From Capsulimonadaceae bacterium (GTDB lineage: Bacteria > Armatimonadota > Armatimonadia > Armatimonadales > Capsulimonadaceae), in NCBI GenBank assembly GCA_965215505.1, contig OZ244065.1:2752001-2816000 (forward strand): a stretch of 64,000 nt of DNA. The letters are read 5' to 3'. Both the position numbers and the translations under genes were made by a program. The notes under the pieces are model-generated. The model was not told where the DNA came from, did no database searches, and worked only from the letters and a program-made list of their open reading frames with translations. Below, one piece after another: positions 37,210 to 46,911 of the stretch. Position 1 is the first letter of the stretch; every line of letters begins with the position of its first letter.

Positions 37210-38598
37210 TTACCGCCCGGCGCTCCGGGCGGTCAGCCGTGCGCCCGCCTGTAGCGGCCCGAGCCGTTGCAGGGCGGCGACCGCGACCGGGGCGTCCATC
37301 GGGCTGAAATCCGGGTTCAGGCGGAGCGCGCGGCTCAAAAAAGAACGCGCGGCGGCCTGATCCTGTAACTTAGCGGAGATCATGCCGGCGTGGAACAGGA
37401 AGTCGGCCTCGGGCGTGTGGCGACTCAAGGCGGCGCGGCTCATCGCCGCCGCCTCTTGGGTGCGCCCGTTCTTATACAGGCACCAGGCCAGGGCGTCGGC
37501 GGCGTAGACGTTCCTGCGGGTCCGGTACTCCTCCCGCGCCGCCAGCAATGCTTCGGGCAGGTCGCGGTCGTGGTTCGCCTGGAACAGAGACATCTGCCAG
37601 CCGCCCTTTACCCCGTTCGCCTTCTGGAGCCGGTCTATCTGCCCGGCCAGGGCGAACTGCCGCGCGGCGTCGGCCTTGCGGCCCGTCAGGGCGTACAGGT
37701 CGCCCAGCGCGCCGACGGCTTCCAGTTGCGGCACAACGGCGACGGCCTTCTCATAGCGCCCGATGGCGTCCTGATAGTCGCCCCGCCCCGCCTCCACCCG
37801 GCCCAGGGCCATCAGGACGCGGTAGTTGTTGGGCGTGGTCGTCAGGGCGTCCTTTAACGTCTGTTCGGCTGCCGCCTGATGGCCCTCGCTGTAGAGCATC
37901 AGGCCGAGTTGGGCGCGGCACCAGCCCGTCGTCTCGGCATAGGGTCCGCCGGCGTCAATGGCCTTGACCATCAGCCGGACCCCTTCATTGTGGGCGTCCC
38001 CGGTCAGCCACAGCAGATGCCCGCCCCGGCTGTAGGAAGCAAGGTCAGGCCGGAGGTCGAGCATCTTCTGGTAATGGGCATAGGCGGCATCATAATCGCC
38101 AAGCTCCTGGTCGGCGTCCCCAATCAGCCCGTAGGCGTCGTTGTCGCCGGGGTCCAGGGCCAGGGCCTTCCCCGCCCAGGCTTTGCTCGCTTCAAACTCG
38201 TGCCGGTCGCTCGTCACCCAGGCCATGCCAGTCAATGCGCCCGCGTCCCGCCCGTCCAGCGCCAGGGCCTTCTTGTAGACGGCCTCGGCGTGGCCGTAGT
38301 AGCTCAGGTCCGCCGTCTCGCGCGCCTTCTGCATCAGGGCGTTGCCCAGGTCCACCCAGGCCTTCGTATCTTTCGGGTTCCGACTCGTCACGCGCGTGTC
38401 TTTGCTAATCGCCTGGTCCAGCAGCGCGTGGCCCGCCGCAGGCGTGGCGGCGGGCGTATCAGCTCGGGCGGCGGCGAGGGAAACGACCGGACGGGCGGCG
38501 GGCGTGTCGGCGGTGCGGCAGCCCGCGCCCGCCGCCAGGCAGGCGAACAGGAGGGGAAGGATGGTCTTCTTTAGGGCCATTGCATAGGTGCCATTCAT
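37210..38598 (-). CDS. TPR lipoprotein, DUF4331-associated (paralogue 2)
   Basis: Lipobox-like AGAGC; KARETAD..YY, RPDLASYSRG, DALAWCLYKNG. Confidence 0.85.
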   Translation of the reverse strand: MNGTYAMALKKTILPLLFACLAAGAGCRTADTPAARPVVSLAAARADTPAATPAAGHALLDQAISKDTRVTSRNPKDTKAWVDLGNALMQKARETADLSYYGHAEAVYKKALALDGRDAGALTGMAWVTSDRHEFEASKAWAGKALALDPGDNDAYGLIGDADQELGDYDAAYAHYQKMLDLRPDLASYSRGGHLLWLTGDAHNEGVRLMVKAIDAGGPYAETTGWCRAQLGLMLYSEGHQAAAEQTLKDALTTTPNNYRVLMALGRVEAGRGDYQDAIGRYEKAVAVVPQLEAVGALGDLYALTGRKADAARQFALAGQIDRLQKANGVKGGWQMSLFQANHDRDLPEALLAAREEYRTRRNVYAADALAWCLYKNGRTQEAAAMSRAALSRHTPEADFLFHAGMISAKLQDQAAARSFLSRALRLNPDFSPMDAPVAVAALQRLGPLQAGARLTARSAGR

Positions 38599-38626
38599 CG
38601 GTGCTGTCTGAGAAGGAGTAGGACGG

Positions 38627-38785
38627 CCCCCACCCCCGGCGCGGACGCCGACCCCTGCCCCCGCAAGCGGGAGAGGGGTGAAGAGTGAGGGGAGAAGAGG
38701 CGAACAGCCCGCGCTCCTAATCCTGTTTCCTTACCCCTCTCCCGCTTGCGGGGGCAGGGGTCGGCGTCCGCGCCGGGGGTGGGGG
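38627..38785. repeat. Inverted pair of family C repeats
   Basis: CCCCCACCCCCGGCGCGGACGCCGACCCCTGCCCCCGCAAGCGGGAGAGGGGT and inverse; third copy 49222-49285. Confidence 0.88.
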
Positions 38786-38799
38786 GCTGACCGTCCGCC

Positions 38800-40173
38800 T
38801 CAGCCCGCCTTCGCCGCAGCCGCCCCGCCGGACGGCTGCGACCCGAGCTGCTTCAGCGTGTCGGCGGCCGTCTTCGCGTCCCGCACACTAAAGGAGGGGT
38901 TCGTACTCAGGGCGGAGGCCAGGTACTTCCCCGCCGTCACCCGGTCGCCGTCCTTGGCGTAGATCATGCCCGCATGGAACAGGAGGGCGGCGTCGGGCGT
39001 GTTGCGGGCCATGGCGGTCTGGATGGCGGCTTTGGCCTCCTCCTGCCGGCCGTTCTTGTAATAGCACCAGGCGAGGGTGTCGGCGTCGTTGACGTTCCGG
39101 CTGGACTTGCTTAACTCAGCGAGCTGCAAGGCCTGGGGCAGATTCCGGTCGTGGTCGGCGTAGAACTGCGCCATCTGCATGTGGTCGTCCACCCCCGCGT
39201 CGGCGTCCTGCTTGTGGAGGGCCTCCACCTGCGCGTACTGCTTCTCAGCCCCGGCCTTGTCGCCGGTACGCTGGTACAGGTCGCCCAGGGCGGCCAGCGA
39301 GGCCAGCGTGGGGGCAACGGCGACCGACTTCTTGTAGGCAGCAATCGCCTCGGGGTAGTTCCCGCGCGCCGCCTTGAACGTGCCGAGAGCTGCCAGGGCC
39401 TCGGCGTCATCGGGCGTGGTCTTGAGGGCGGATTGGAGCGTCTGCTCGGCGGGCAGAAGCGCCCCCTCATCAAAAAGCATCAGGGCGAGCTGCGTGCGGC
39501 ACCAGGCGGTGTTCTCGGCATAGGGGCTGCCCGTATTGATCGCCTTGATCATCAGCCACATCGCTTTGCGGGAGTTGCCGTCCTGCGCCAGCAGGTGCGC
39601 GCCCCGGCTGTAGGAGGCGACGTCGGGGCGGATGTCGAGCATCTTCTGGTAGTGGGCATAGGCGGCATCGTAGTTCCCCTGCGCCGCGTCGGCATCGCCC
39701 AGAAGCCCATACGCCGTGTTGTCCCTGGGGTCGAGCGCGACGGCCTTGTTCGCCCAGTCCGTACTCTCGCCGAACCGGTTGCGGTCGCTCGCCACCCAGG
39801 CCAGCCCGGTCATGGCGTCGGCGCTGCCGGGGTTGACCGCCAATGCCTGCCGGTAGACCTGCTCGGCGTAGCCGTAATAGCGGGGGTCGGCGGTTTCGCG
39901 CGGCTTCTGCATCAGAGTGTCGCCGAGTTTGACCCAGGATTTGTCGTCGCTCGGATGCCGGCGCAGCAGGCCCGTCCATTTGGCGATTCCGTGGTCCGAC
40001 GCCGTCCGGGCGGGCGGCGTCGGGATGGCGGCCAGCGTCACGTCTGCCGTGGGCAGGGCCAGGGCGGACGACGCCGGACCGCCCGGCACGGCATGACGCC
40101 CGGCACAGCCGCCGACCATGAGGGCGGCGGGGAGGAGAAAGGATAAGATTTTAGGAAGGAGGGCGTTCTTCAT
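38800..40173 (-). CDS. TPR lipoprotein, DUF4331-associated (paralogue 1)
   Basis: Lipobox VGGC; collinear with 37210-38598. Confidence 0.85.
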   Translation of the reverse strand: MKNALLPKILSFLLPAALMVGGCAGRHAVPGGPASSALALPTADVTLAAIPTPPARTASDHGIAKWTGLLRRHPSDDKSWVKLGDTLMQKPRETADPRYYGYAEQVYRQALAVNPGSADAMTGLAWVASDRNRFGESTDWANKAVALDPRDNTAYGLLGDADAAQGNYDAAYAHYQKMLDIRPDVASYSRGAHLLAQDGNSRKAMWLMIKAINTGSPYAENTAWCRTQLALMLFDEGALLPAEQTLQSALKTTPDDAEALAALGTFKAARGNYPEAIAAYKKSVAVAPTLASLAALGDLYQRTGDKAGAEKQYAQVEALHKQDADAGVDDHMQMAQFYADHDRNLPQALQLAELSKSSRNVNDADTLAWCYYKNGRQEEAKAAIQTAMARNTPDAALLFHAGMIYAKDGDRVTAGKYLASALSTNPSFSVRDAKTAADTLKQLGSQPSGGAAAAKAG

Positions 40174-40260
40174 TGGTTTGCGATTCTACGCGGGCCTGTT
40201 CATGCCGGGGAAGGAGAGGGCGGTTTCCATCGCCCCCTCCCTGAGTGCCGACTGTTCGCC

Positions 40261-41823
40261 CTAATGAGCAGGAGTGGAGTCCTTGCTGTTGGCCGTTCCG
40301 GCGTTGGGCGTGCCGGCATACGGGAAGGTCATGTTGTAGACCTGGTCGTTGTGGTCGATGTTGTCGCCCACCAACGTCACCGCGCTGTAGGTGGGGCCGC
40401 TCGCCACCGCCGTCAGGGCGACGTCCACCACGTCGTCACCGAGCCGCCGGCCATTGGGCCAGCCGCCGGGGACCTTCGCCCCCACCCCGTTGGTCAGGGT
40501 GTCGCCGCCGATGAAGCCCAGCCGGCTGAACGCCATCTGCCCGGCGATGTTGGCCGGGCCGGTCGTCGTGTCCACCCGGATGACGTCCGGGATGTAGACG
40601 GCGGCGAGGTCGGTGCGGCCCGCCGTGACGAACTTCGTGCCGTAGACCGCGTTGATCAGGACGGCGACCTCGGGGTTCAAGGCGTACTTCTGGTACTTGG
40701 AGGCGTCGCTCGTCGGCACGTCCCGGTTGTAGTTGTCCTTGTCCCGGATGCCGACCAGCACCTCGTTGAAGAGCGGGTTGGCCTCGCGGTTGACCTGGAT
40801 GTACGGGCCGGAGTTGACGTTGTCGCCGTTGGTCGCGCGCAGCGTGATGCGGGGCCGCGAAACCGAGGCGTAGACCCCCACGCCCGTGTTCGTCCCGCCG
40901 CTCGTGAAGGCCCCCGTGTACGAGGAGGTCAAGCCGGTCAGGTCTGTCAGGGGGATCACGATCGCGTAGTGCAGCACGTTGAAGCCCTTGAAGCCGTCCA
41001 CGCCGTTGCCGGTCTGCCCGAACGTGCCCATCGGCGAGGGCGAAAGGATGCGCGGGTCCAGGAAGTCAAAGATGCCCGGCGTGTCGGCGTAAAAGCCGTC
41101 CTCACGCGAGCCGGCGAACACCATGGTCGTGCCCGACGCGCCCGAGATCGCCGGCAGGGTGTAGGTGGTCTGCTTGGTGTAGGGGTCGAGGGCCGCATTG
41201 CTCGCCGCGCCGCTGATGGCCCGGCCCGTCGTCGGGTCGTCGTAGAGCGGCGTCGTCCGCTTCCCGGTGTTGTACGGCGGCACCATCAGGGTCGTGTTCG
41301 GATTCAGCAGGGTGGACTGGCCGGTGGCCGCGACCGTCTTGGTCACGGTGTAGGTCTGGACGAAGTTCTGGTGGGCGTCCCCGACGGTCATGATCGGGCC
41401 GGCGTCGGGAGCGCCGTTGATGTTCGCGCCGCGCCCGTAGCGCAGGATGGTGTCCAGGTTCTTGTAGTTGCCGCTCTGGCTGCTGACCGGCGAGAACTTG
41501 AAGTCATACCGCTGCAAGAGCGCGCCCGTGCTGGGATTGGCGATGTTGATGGAGTAGAGCGCATCATCCGAGAAGGAGTCGTAGGTGACGCCGTCGCCCG
41601 GCTCGGAGAAGGGCCGGACGCTGACCTCGATGACCAGGGAGGGCGTGTTGTTCGGACCCTCGTTGCGGCGGAAGGCGTAGACGTCGGTGAGATTCGCCTG
41701 CGGGTCGAGTTTGATCAGCGGCGCGTCGCTGTGGCTGGAGGCGCGCGCCGTGCCGCTCCCGAGGGCCAGCGCGCCCAATGCGCCCAGGGCGGCGGTCACG
41801 CAGAAAAGAGGCTTGAGATTCAT
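40261..41823 (-). CDS. DUF4331-family secreted protein
   Basis: ASSHSDAP...TDVYAF, FAGSREDGF, PLFNE, WPNGRRLGDDVVD, FPY motifs. Confidence 0.9.
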   Translation of the reverse strand: MNLKPLFCVTAALGALGALALGSGTARASSHSDAPLIKLDPQANLTDVYAFRRNEGPNNTPSLVIEVSVRPFSEPGDGVTYDSFSDDALYSINIANPSTGALLQRYDFKFSPVSSQSGNYKNLDTILRYGRGANINGAPDAGPIMTVGDAHQNFVQTYTVTKTVAATGQSTLLNPNTTLMVPPYNTGKRTTPLYDDPTTGRAISGAASNAALDPYTKQTTYTLPAISGASGTTMVFAGSREDGFYADTPGIFDFLDPRILSPSPMGTFGQTGNGVDGFKGFNVLHYAIVIPLTDLTGLTSSYTGAFTSGGTNTGVGVYASVSRPRITLRATNGDNVNSGPYIQVNREANPLFNEVLVGIRDKDNYNRDVPTSDASKYQKYALNPEVAVLINAVYGTKFVTAGRTDLAAVYIPDVIRVDTTTGPANIAGQMAFSRLGFIGGDTLTNGVGAKVPGGWPNGRRLGDDVVDVALTAVASGPTYSAVTLVGDNIDHNDQVYNMTFPYAGTPNAGTANSKDSTPAH

Positions 41824-41846
41824 CGTGTTTCTCTTTCTTGTATATA

Positions 41847-42395
41847 TCAGGAATGAGTGCCGACGCGGACCGCGCGGCGACGCCGCACGGCGCAGAAAGT
41901 CAGGAGCAGGACGCCCGCCCCGAGCGAAACCATCGTGCTGGCTTCGGGCACGGGCGCGAAGGCCGCCCCGGAGGCCGAGAGGGTGTTGCCGCTCGTGTCA
42001 ACGCCCACCGCCCCGTACTGCACCAGGGCCGGCGCGAAGGGGCTGCTGAAGGAGAAGACGGCCGGTGTGCTGGAGAACGTCTGGCTGTCCTCCAGGAAGG
42101 TCACCAGCCCGCCGCCCGGCACGCCCGGATCGAAGTTGATCTGGAACCCGGTCGGGGCCGTCAGCCCGGTCACTCCGCCGGGCAGCGACGGCGCGGGCAT
42201 GCTGATGGCGTAGAAGTCCTGGCCGGATGCACTCGAATTGGTGACGCTGTAGGTGTAGTTGAACAGCGTCCCGTTGGCGGTCTGGACGCTGGACAGGATG
42301 CTGACCTGGGCGCGCGCGGCGCCCGCAGAGAACAGGACGCCGAGCGCACCCGCAAGCGCAAGGGGGCCTGCGAGTCGGCGTGGTCGTGGGAGCAT
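41847..42395 (-). CDS. PEP-CTERM sorting domain protein
   Basis: Signal peptide; C-terminal VPEAST + TM helix + RRRR. Confidence 0.88.
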   Translation of the reverse strand: MLPRPRRLAGPLALAGALGVLFSAGAARAQVSILSSVQTANGTLFNYTYSVTNSSASGQDFYAISMPAPSLPGGVTGLTAPTGFQINFDPGVPGGGLVTFLEDSQTFSSTPAVFSFSSPFAPALVQYGAVGVDTSGNTLSASGAAFAPVPEASTMVSLGAGVLLLTFCAVRRRRAVRVGTHS

Positions 42396-42775
42396 GGACG
42401 GGCCTGCCTTTCAGTGAAGCGAAAAGAATCTGGGACGAAATGAACCTGGAACGAGATGAGTCACAGGAGTGCGCCGGGGAAAGTGGCGCGGCCGCGCACG
42501 ACAGCGCAGAGCCGATGAGACATCAGACCGCTGGACGCCGCCTTGGCGAAGCGGGGGACCGACGGCCGGCCGATGTCATGGCAAGAGTTTACCTAGCGGG
42601 CTGATAATCCATGCGCGTTATTGCCCCGCAAAGTTAATGGGTGGTTACAAAACTGTGCGAACGCCTGCCACACAAAGCCAAGACAGAGTCACTACAGTCT
42701 TCAAACAACCTCAGAAGTGGCTTCCTTTTTCCCCGCGACGCCCCCCGGAGCCTGCCGACCGGGTATAATCATCCC

Positions 42776-44236
42776 ATGCGCCAATTCGACACCGACCGCG
42801 ATTCTTTGGAAACCATCCACGCCGCCCTGACCTACCGCGACACCGCCCGCGATGCCCAGGTGGAGGCCACCGTCCGCGCCATCCTCGACGACGTGAAGGC
42901 GCGCGGCAATCAGGCCGTTCTGGACTACACCCGCCGCTTCGACTGGCCGGAGGCGACGGCAGACGGACTGGAGATACCGACGGAAGTGCGAGAGGCCATG
43001 GCTGAGGAGATCGGGAAGACCAGCGGGAGCATATCTTACCTTCTCAACGCGGCTGCCTTGAATGTTAGCGACTACCATTGGGATGAAAAAGGCCGCTACA
43101 CATCCTGGTTCAATACCAGCGCCAGTGGCAACATGCTTGGTCAGATGGTGCGGCCCGTGCAACGGGCCGGCATCTATGTTCCGGGGGGCAAAGCCGCTTA
43201 CCCGAGTACCGTCCTCATGGCGGTCACGCCTGCGGTGGCGGCGGGCGTCGAGGAGATCATCATCTGCACACCGCCGGGTCAAGACGGCAGCGTCAACCCA
43301 GGGATCATGGAAGCAGTGGACTGGGTTTTGCCTGATAATGGCAGGATGTTCAAGATCGGCGGCGCGCAGGCCATCGCCGCCATGGCCTACGGCACCGAAA
43401 CCGTCCCCAAGTGCGATGTTATCGTCGGGCCAGGCAACGCCTACGTCAACACCGCCAAGAAGCTCGTCTACGGCACGGTCGGGATAGACATGCTGGCCGG
43501 GCCGTCCGAGGTCGCCATCATCGCCGACGAGGGCGCGAACCCCGCCTTCGTCGCCGCCGACCTGCTGGCCCAGACGGAACACGGCCACGACAACCGGGGC
43601 GTGGTGTTCAGCCACTCTTACGATTTGTTGGAAAAATGTAAAAACGAACTGTCGGCGCAGCGCGCGGAACTCTCCCGCAAGGAGATACTGGCGGTCACCG
43701 CGAACAACTTGATTTTTGTCAAAACGAACTCCCTGGAAGAGTCTTTGGAACTCTCCAACGTCTTCGCCCCCGAACACCTGGAGCTGATGGTGCGCGAGCC
43801 TCTGGCCGTCCTGCCCCTCGTCAAGAACGCCGGGGCGGTCCTGCTGGGCGACCACACCTCCGCCCCCATCGGCGACTACTGGGCGGGCCCCTCCCACACC
43901 CTGCCGACGGCGGGCGCGGCCCGCTACGCCTCCCCACTGTCCGTGGCGACGTTTATGAAGCGGACGAGCGTGCTGTACTACTCGCAGAAGGCCGCCCAGG
44001 AAGCGGCGGAAGACGTGGCCCGGTTCGCCGAAGCGGAGGGGTTCGATGGGCACGCGCAGGCGGCGCGGCTGCGGGGCGTGGATAGCAAAAAAGAGAACGA
44101 TGCGAAGGAGGAGGGCGGGGAAACCCCGCCCCTACACATGCGCGACGTAGGGGCGGGGTCCCCCCGCCCTCCTGCTGTTCCCCGCCCATCTTTCCCGGTG
44201 CTTCCTTCCGCCACCCCCGCCGAGGCCCGCTCCTGA
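42776..44236 (+). CDS. hisD: Histidinol dehydrogenase
   Basis: YVPGGKAAYPSTVLM, GGAQAIAA, GPGNAYV, AGPSE, APEHLEL, GDY.AGPSHTLPT. Confidence 0.96.
   Translation: MRQFDTDRDSLETIHAALTYRDTARDAQVEATVRAILDDVKARGNQAVLDYTRRFDWPEATADGLEIPTEVREAMAEEIGKTSGSISYLLNAAALNVSDYHWDEKGRYTSWFNTSASGNMLGQMVRPVQRAGIYVPGGKAAYPSTVLMAVTPAVAAGVEEIIICTPPGQDGSVNPGIMEAVDWVLPDNGRMFKIGGAQAIAAMAYGTETVPKCDVIVGPGNAYVNTAKKLVYGTVGIDMLAGPSEVAIIADEGANPAFVAADLLAQTEHGHDNRGVVFSHSYDLLEKCKNELSAQRAELSRKEILAVTANNLIFVKTNSLEESLELSNVFAPEHLELMVREPLAVLPLVKNAGAVLLGDHTSAPIGDYWAGPSHTLPTAGAARYASPLSVATFMKRTSVLYYSQKAAQEAAEDVARFAEAEGFDGHAQAARLRGVDSKKENDAKEEGGETPPLHMRDVGAGSPRPPAVPRPSFPVLPSATPAEARS
44111..44170. repeat. Pair of GTAG REP-like units inside the hisD 3' reading frame
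   Basis: GAGGGCGGGGAAACCCCGCCCCTAC...GTAGGGGCGGGGTCCCCCCGCCCT. Confidence 0.8.
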
Positions 44237-45195
44237 TGCCCTACACCACTCCCGACGCCGACACGCGCCGCGCATCCGTTGACGCCGTCATCTTCGACAT
44301 GGACGGCGTCCTGCTCGACATCAGCGGCTCCATCCGCGTCGTCAACTGCCTTTCCGTCCCCTACTATCTGCGGACCGTGCTGGGTTGGCCCGCGCCCGAC
44401 GACCTACTCACCTCGGACGACATCGAGATGTTCAAGAACGCGGGCGGCTTCAACGACGACTGGGACCTCACCTACGCCCTCGTCCTGCACTACGTCGCCA
44501 AAGGCCACGAACACCCCAGCGCCGCTCCCGAGACTCTGAACGTCTTCCAGCCCAAACTCGCCCGCTACGCCGCCCGCATCAAGGAGCGCGGCGGCTGGCT
44601 GCGGGCCGCCGAGGAGATCGCCTTCGAACACCTGACCCGCGAGGACCTCCTGGCCGTCGAGACCGACTACCGTAAGTACCTCATCAAGCAGGTCTTCCAG
44701 GAGATGTTCGCCGGCGAATACTGCCAGCGGCTGTACGGCTACGCCCCCACCCTCTACACCGGGCCGGGCTACATCAACCACGACCGGCCCCTGCTGGACC
44801 TGGCGAAGCTGCCCGAGGGCAAAATGATTGGCGTCCAAACCGGCCGGACCCTGGAAGAAGCCCGCATCGGCCTGGAGATGTGCGGCCTGGCCGGCCGCAT
44901 CCCGGAGGCGCACGTCGTCACCAAAAGCGACGGCTTCCAGAAGCCCCAGCCGGGGGGCCTGGCGAAGCTCGCCGAGCGCATGGGATTCACGAATGCCCTC
45001 TACGTCGGCGATGCTTTGGACGACCTGCGGACGGTCAAGAACTTCAACCAGTCCCACGGCCCCGCCACCTTCCTCTCCGCCCAGGTCCTCACCGGCCCCG
45101 CCGGCAAGGCCAACGAGAAGCTGTTCCGCACGTCCGGCGCGGACATCCTCGCCGCCGACGTGAACGAGGTTCTGGACTGGCTGAATGCCCCCTAG
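44236..45195 (+). CDS. HAD-superfamily IA hydrolase (TIGR01548-like), candidate histidinol-phosphatase
   Basis: FDMDGVL, GGFNDDWD, TGR, KPQP, YVGDALDD; TGATG overlap with hisD. Confidence 0.85.
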   Translation: MPYTTPDADTRRASVDAVIFDMDGVLLDISGSIRVVNCLSVPYYLRTVLGWPAPDDLLTSDDIEMFKNAGGFNDDWDLTYALVLHYVAKGHEHPSAAPETLNVFQPKLARYAARIKERGGWLRAAEEIAFEHLTREDLLAVETDYRKYLIKQVFQEMFAGEYCQRLYGYAPTLYTGPGYINHDRPLLDLAKLPEGKMIGVQTGRTLEEARIGLEMCGLAGRIPEAHVVTKSDGFQKPQPGGLAKLAERMGFTNALYVGDALDDLRTVKNFNQSHGPATFLSAQVLTGPAGKANEKLFRTSGADILAADVNEVLDWLNAP

Positions 45196-45252
45196 GGGCG
45201 CGAGTCGGAGAAGAGGGCGCGATGAATCGCACCCCTACACCAGACAGGCCGG

Positions 45253-46815
45253 TCACATCCACCCCAGCCCCTGCTCCGCCCAGCCGTGCAGGCCGTCCCA
45301 GTACCCGCCGCCCTCGGAGGGTCGCTCAAGCGGCAGGTCGCGGGCAATCATTTGCAGCGCCTTCAAGGCCAGCCGGGGTGCGAATTCGCGCTTCGTCACC
45401 CCGCGCCGCCACAGGAACTGCTCCACGAAGCCCGTATGCACGAACGGGTAGCAGTCCTGCACCCACACCATCGCCAGGCCCAAGGTGGGGTCACCGTAGT
45501 GGCCTTTAAAGCCCCATGTGAACTCGACCAGCGGGTTCTTCTGGTAGGCGGGGTCGCCCGGCGCCCCGAGAGGCTCATCGAACAACTCGGAGGACGGCGC
45601 GATGCGGTACAACTGCGGGTAGAAGAACGTATAGTCGGTGTAGACCAGCGGCTCCTGGATGTCCGCGACGGCTTCGCGCAAGGTCGCCAGCGCCCCCATG
45701 AACCAGGGGTCCGCGAGCCACAGCGAGCGCTCGTTGCCCTCCTCGGCCAGCCAGGAGTCTGCCGCCCAGCGGGCGTCGTCCGTGAGGACGAGGACCTCAT
45801 CACTGAGCGTCCGGCGCTCCAGATTCGCCCCAGCCGGGTCGGCTTGCAGGGCCGCCGTGAGGCCCTGGAGGCGGTCAATCCCCTCGAAAGCGCGCTCCGT
45901 CGCCAGGCGGATGCGGTGCGGTGTACCGCCTAGTGCCCAGTCGGTCAGGCTCTCCCCGCGCGCGGTTTCGCAGAGGGTTTGGTAGCGGCCCGCGCCGTCG
46001 GCCATCGGCCCGCCGAGGATGCGCGGGCTTGGGATGCCCAGCTCTTCCAGGACCGGCACCAGGGCGGCCTGCTCGGGAGTGATGTCGTCTCGGAAATGGA
46101 AGGTCTTGTCGCTGCCGGGGACGACGAAGACGAAGTGGACATGGACATCAGGTGCCCTCACCTGATCAAAACCGTCCGGGCCGACGAAACCCGCTCCGGG
46201 GAAAGCGGCGTTGATGAGCGAGAGCTGTGTCTCGGACAAGCCGAAGGGATTAGTGGGCATGGGGTTTCCTTTGAGTGACGGCGCTTCCGGGTAGAAGCCG
46301 GGCAGTTCGGCGCGCAGGTTCCGCTTGGCGGCCATCAGCCGGCTGCGGACGGTGTTAGTGGGGACCTCCAGAATGGCCGCGACCTCCTCGCGCGACCAGC
46401 CGCCGACGTAGTGCAGCAGCAGGGTCGTCCGGTGGGCTTCGGACAGGCCCGCCACGGCCTGCCGGATTGCCACCCCTTCGGCAAAACTCGTTTCCTCGCT
46501 CGCTTCGCTAAGGGCCGTGATCGGCTCCCCCAGCCGCCGCGTCCCGCGCCGCCGTCGGTAGTCGGCGCACAGGGAAAGCGTGATGCTGCGGAGCCAGGGC
46601 GCGAACCGGCCCACCTCCCGCAGCTCGGGGAGCCGCTGCAAGGCATAGACCAAAGCCTCCTGGGCCACATCCTGGGCGTCGTCAGCGTTTTCCAATGTCC
46701 GGTAGGCGAGGGCTAAAACGGAACGCCGGTGCCGCTCCGTCAGCCGCCCCCGCGCCAGCCCATCCCCGGCGAGGGCGCGGCGCACAAGTTGTATGTCTGT
46801 TTCGGGTGTCATCAT
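45253..46815 (-). CDS. ECF sigma factor with C-terminal phosphotransferase-like extension
   Basis: DAQDVAQE, FAPWL, LSEAHR..LLLHY, EVAAILEVPTNTVRSRL; C-terminal GIPSPRI, LVYTDY, YGDP. Confidence 0.8.
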   Translation of the reverse strand: MMTPETDIQLVRRALAGDGLARGRLTERHRRSVLALAYRTLENADDAQDVAQEALVYALQRLPELREVGRFAPWLRSITLSLCADYRRRRGTRRLGEPITALSEASEETSFAEGVAIRQAVAGLSEAHRTTLLLHYVGGWSREEVAAILEVPTNTVRSRLMAAKRNLRAELPGFYPEAPSLKGNPMPTNPFGLSETQLSLINAAFPGAGFVGPDGFDQVRAPDVHVHFVFVVPGSDKTFHFRDDITPEQAALVPVLEELGIPSPRILGGPMADGAGRYQTLCETARGESLTDWALGGTPHRIRLATERAFEGIDRLQGLTAALQADPAGANLERRTLSDEVLVLTDDARWAADSWLAEEGNERSLWLADPWFMGALATLREAVADIQEPLVYTDYTFFYPQLYRIAPSSELFDEPLGAPGDPAYQKNPLVEFTWGFKGHYGDPTLGLAMVWVQDCYPFVHTGFVEQFLWRRGVTKREFAPRLALKALQMIARDLPLERPSEGGGYWDGLHGWAEQGLGWM

Positions 46816-46911
46816 AACGAAGGCGCGGCGGGACCGCCAAAGGGATCATTCGGGCGGCGGAAATGTCCGCCCCGCTGGTACAATGGGCTATTGTTGCGGC
46901 CCACACCCCGA

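Noticed and set aside
42400-42760. Riboswitch or his attenuator in the divergent intergenic region
   Set aside because: No recognisable aptamer, T-box or His-rich leader peptide by eye; an Rfam scan would be needed
42990-43760. Diversity-generating retroelement as the cause of variable patches
   Set aside because: No reverse transcriptase or template/variable repeat pair in the window, and the patches are A/T-enriched rather than adenine-depleted
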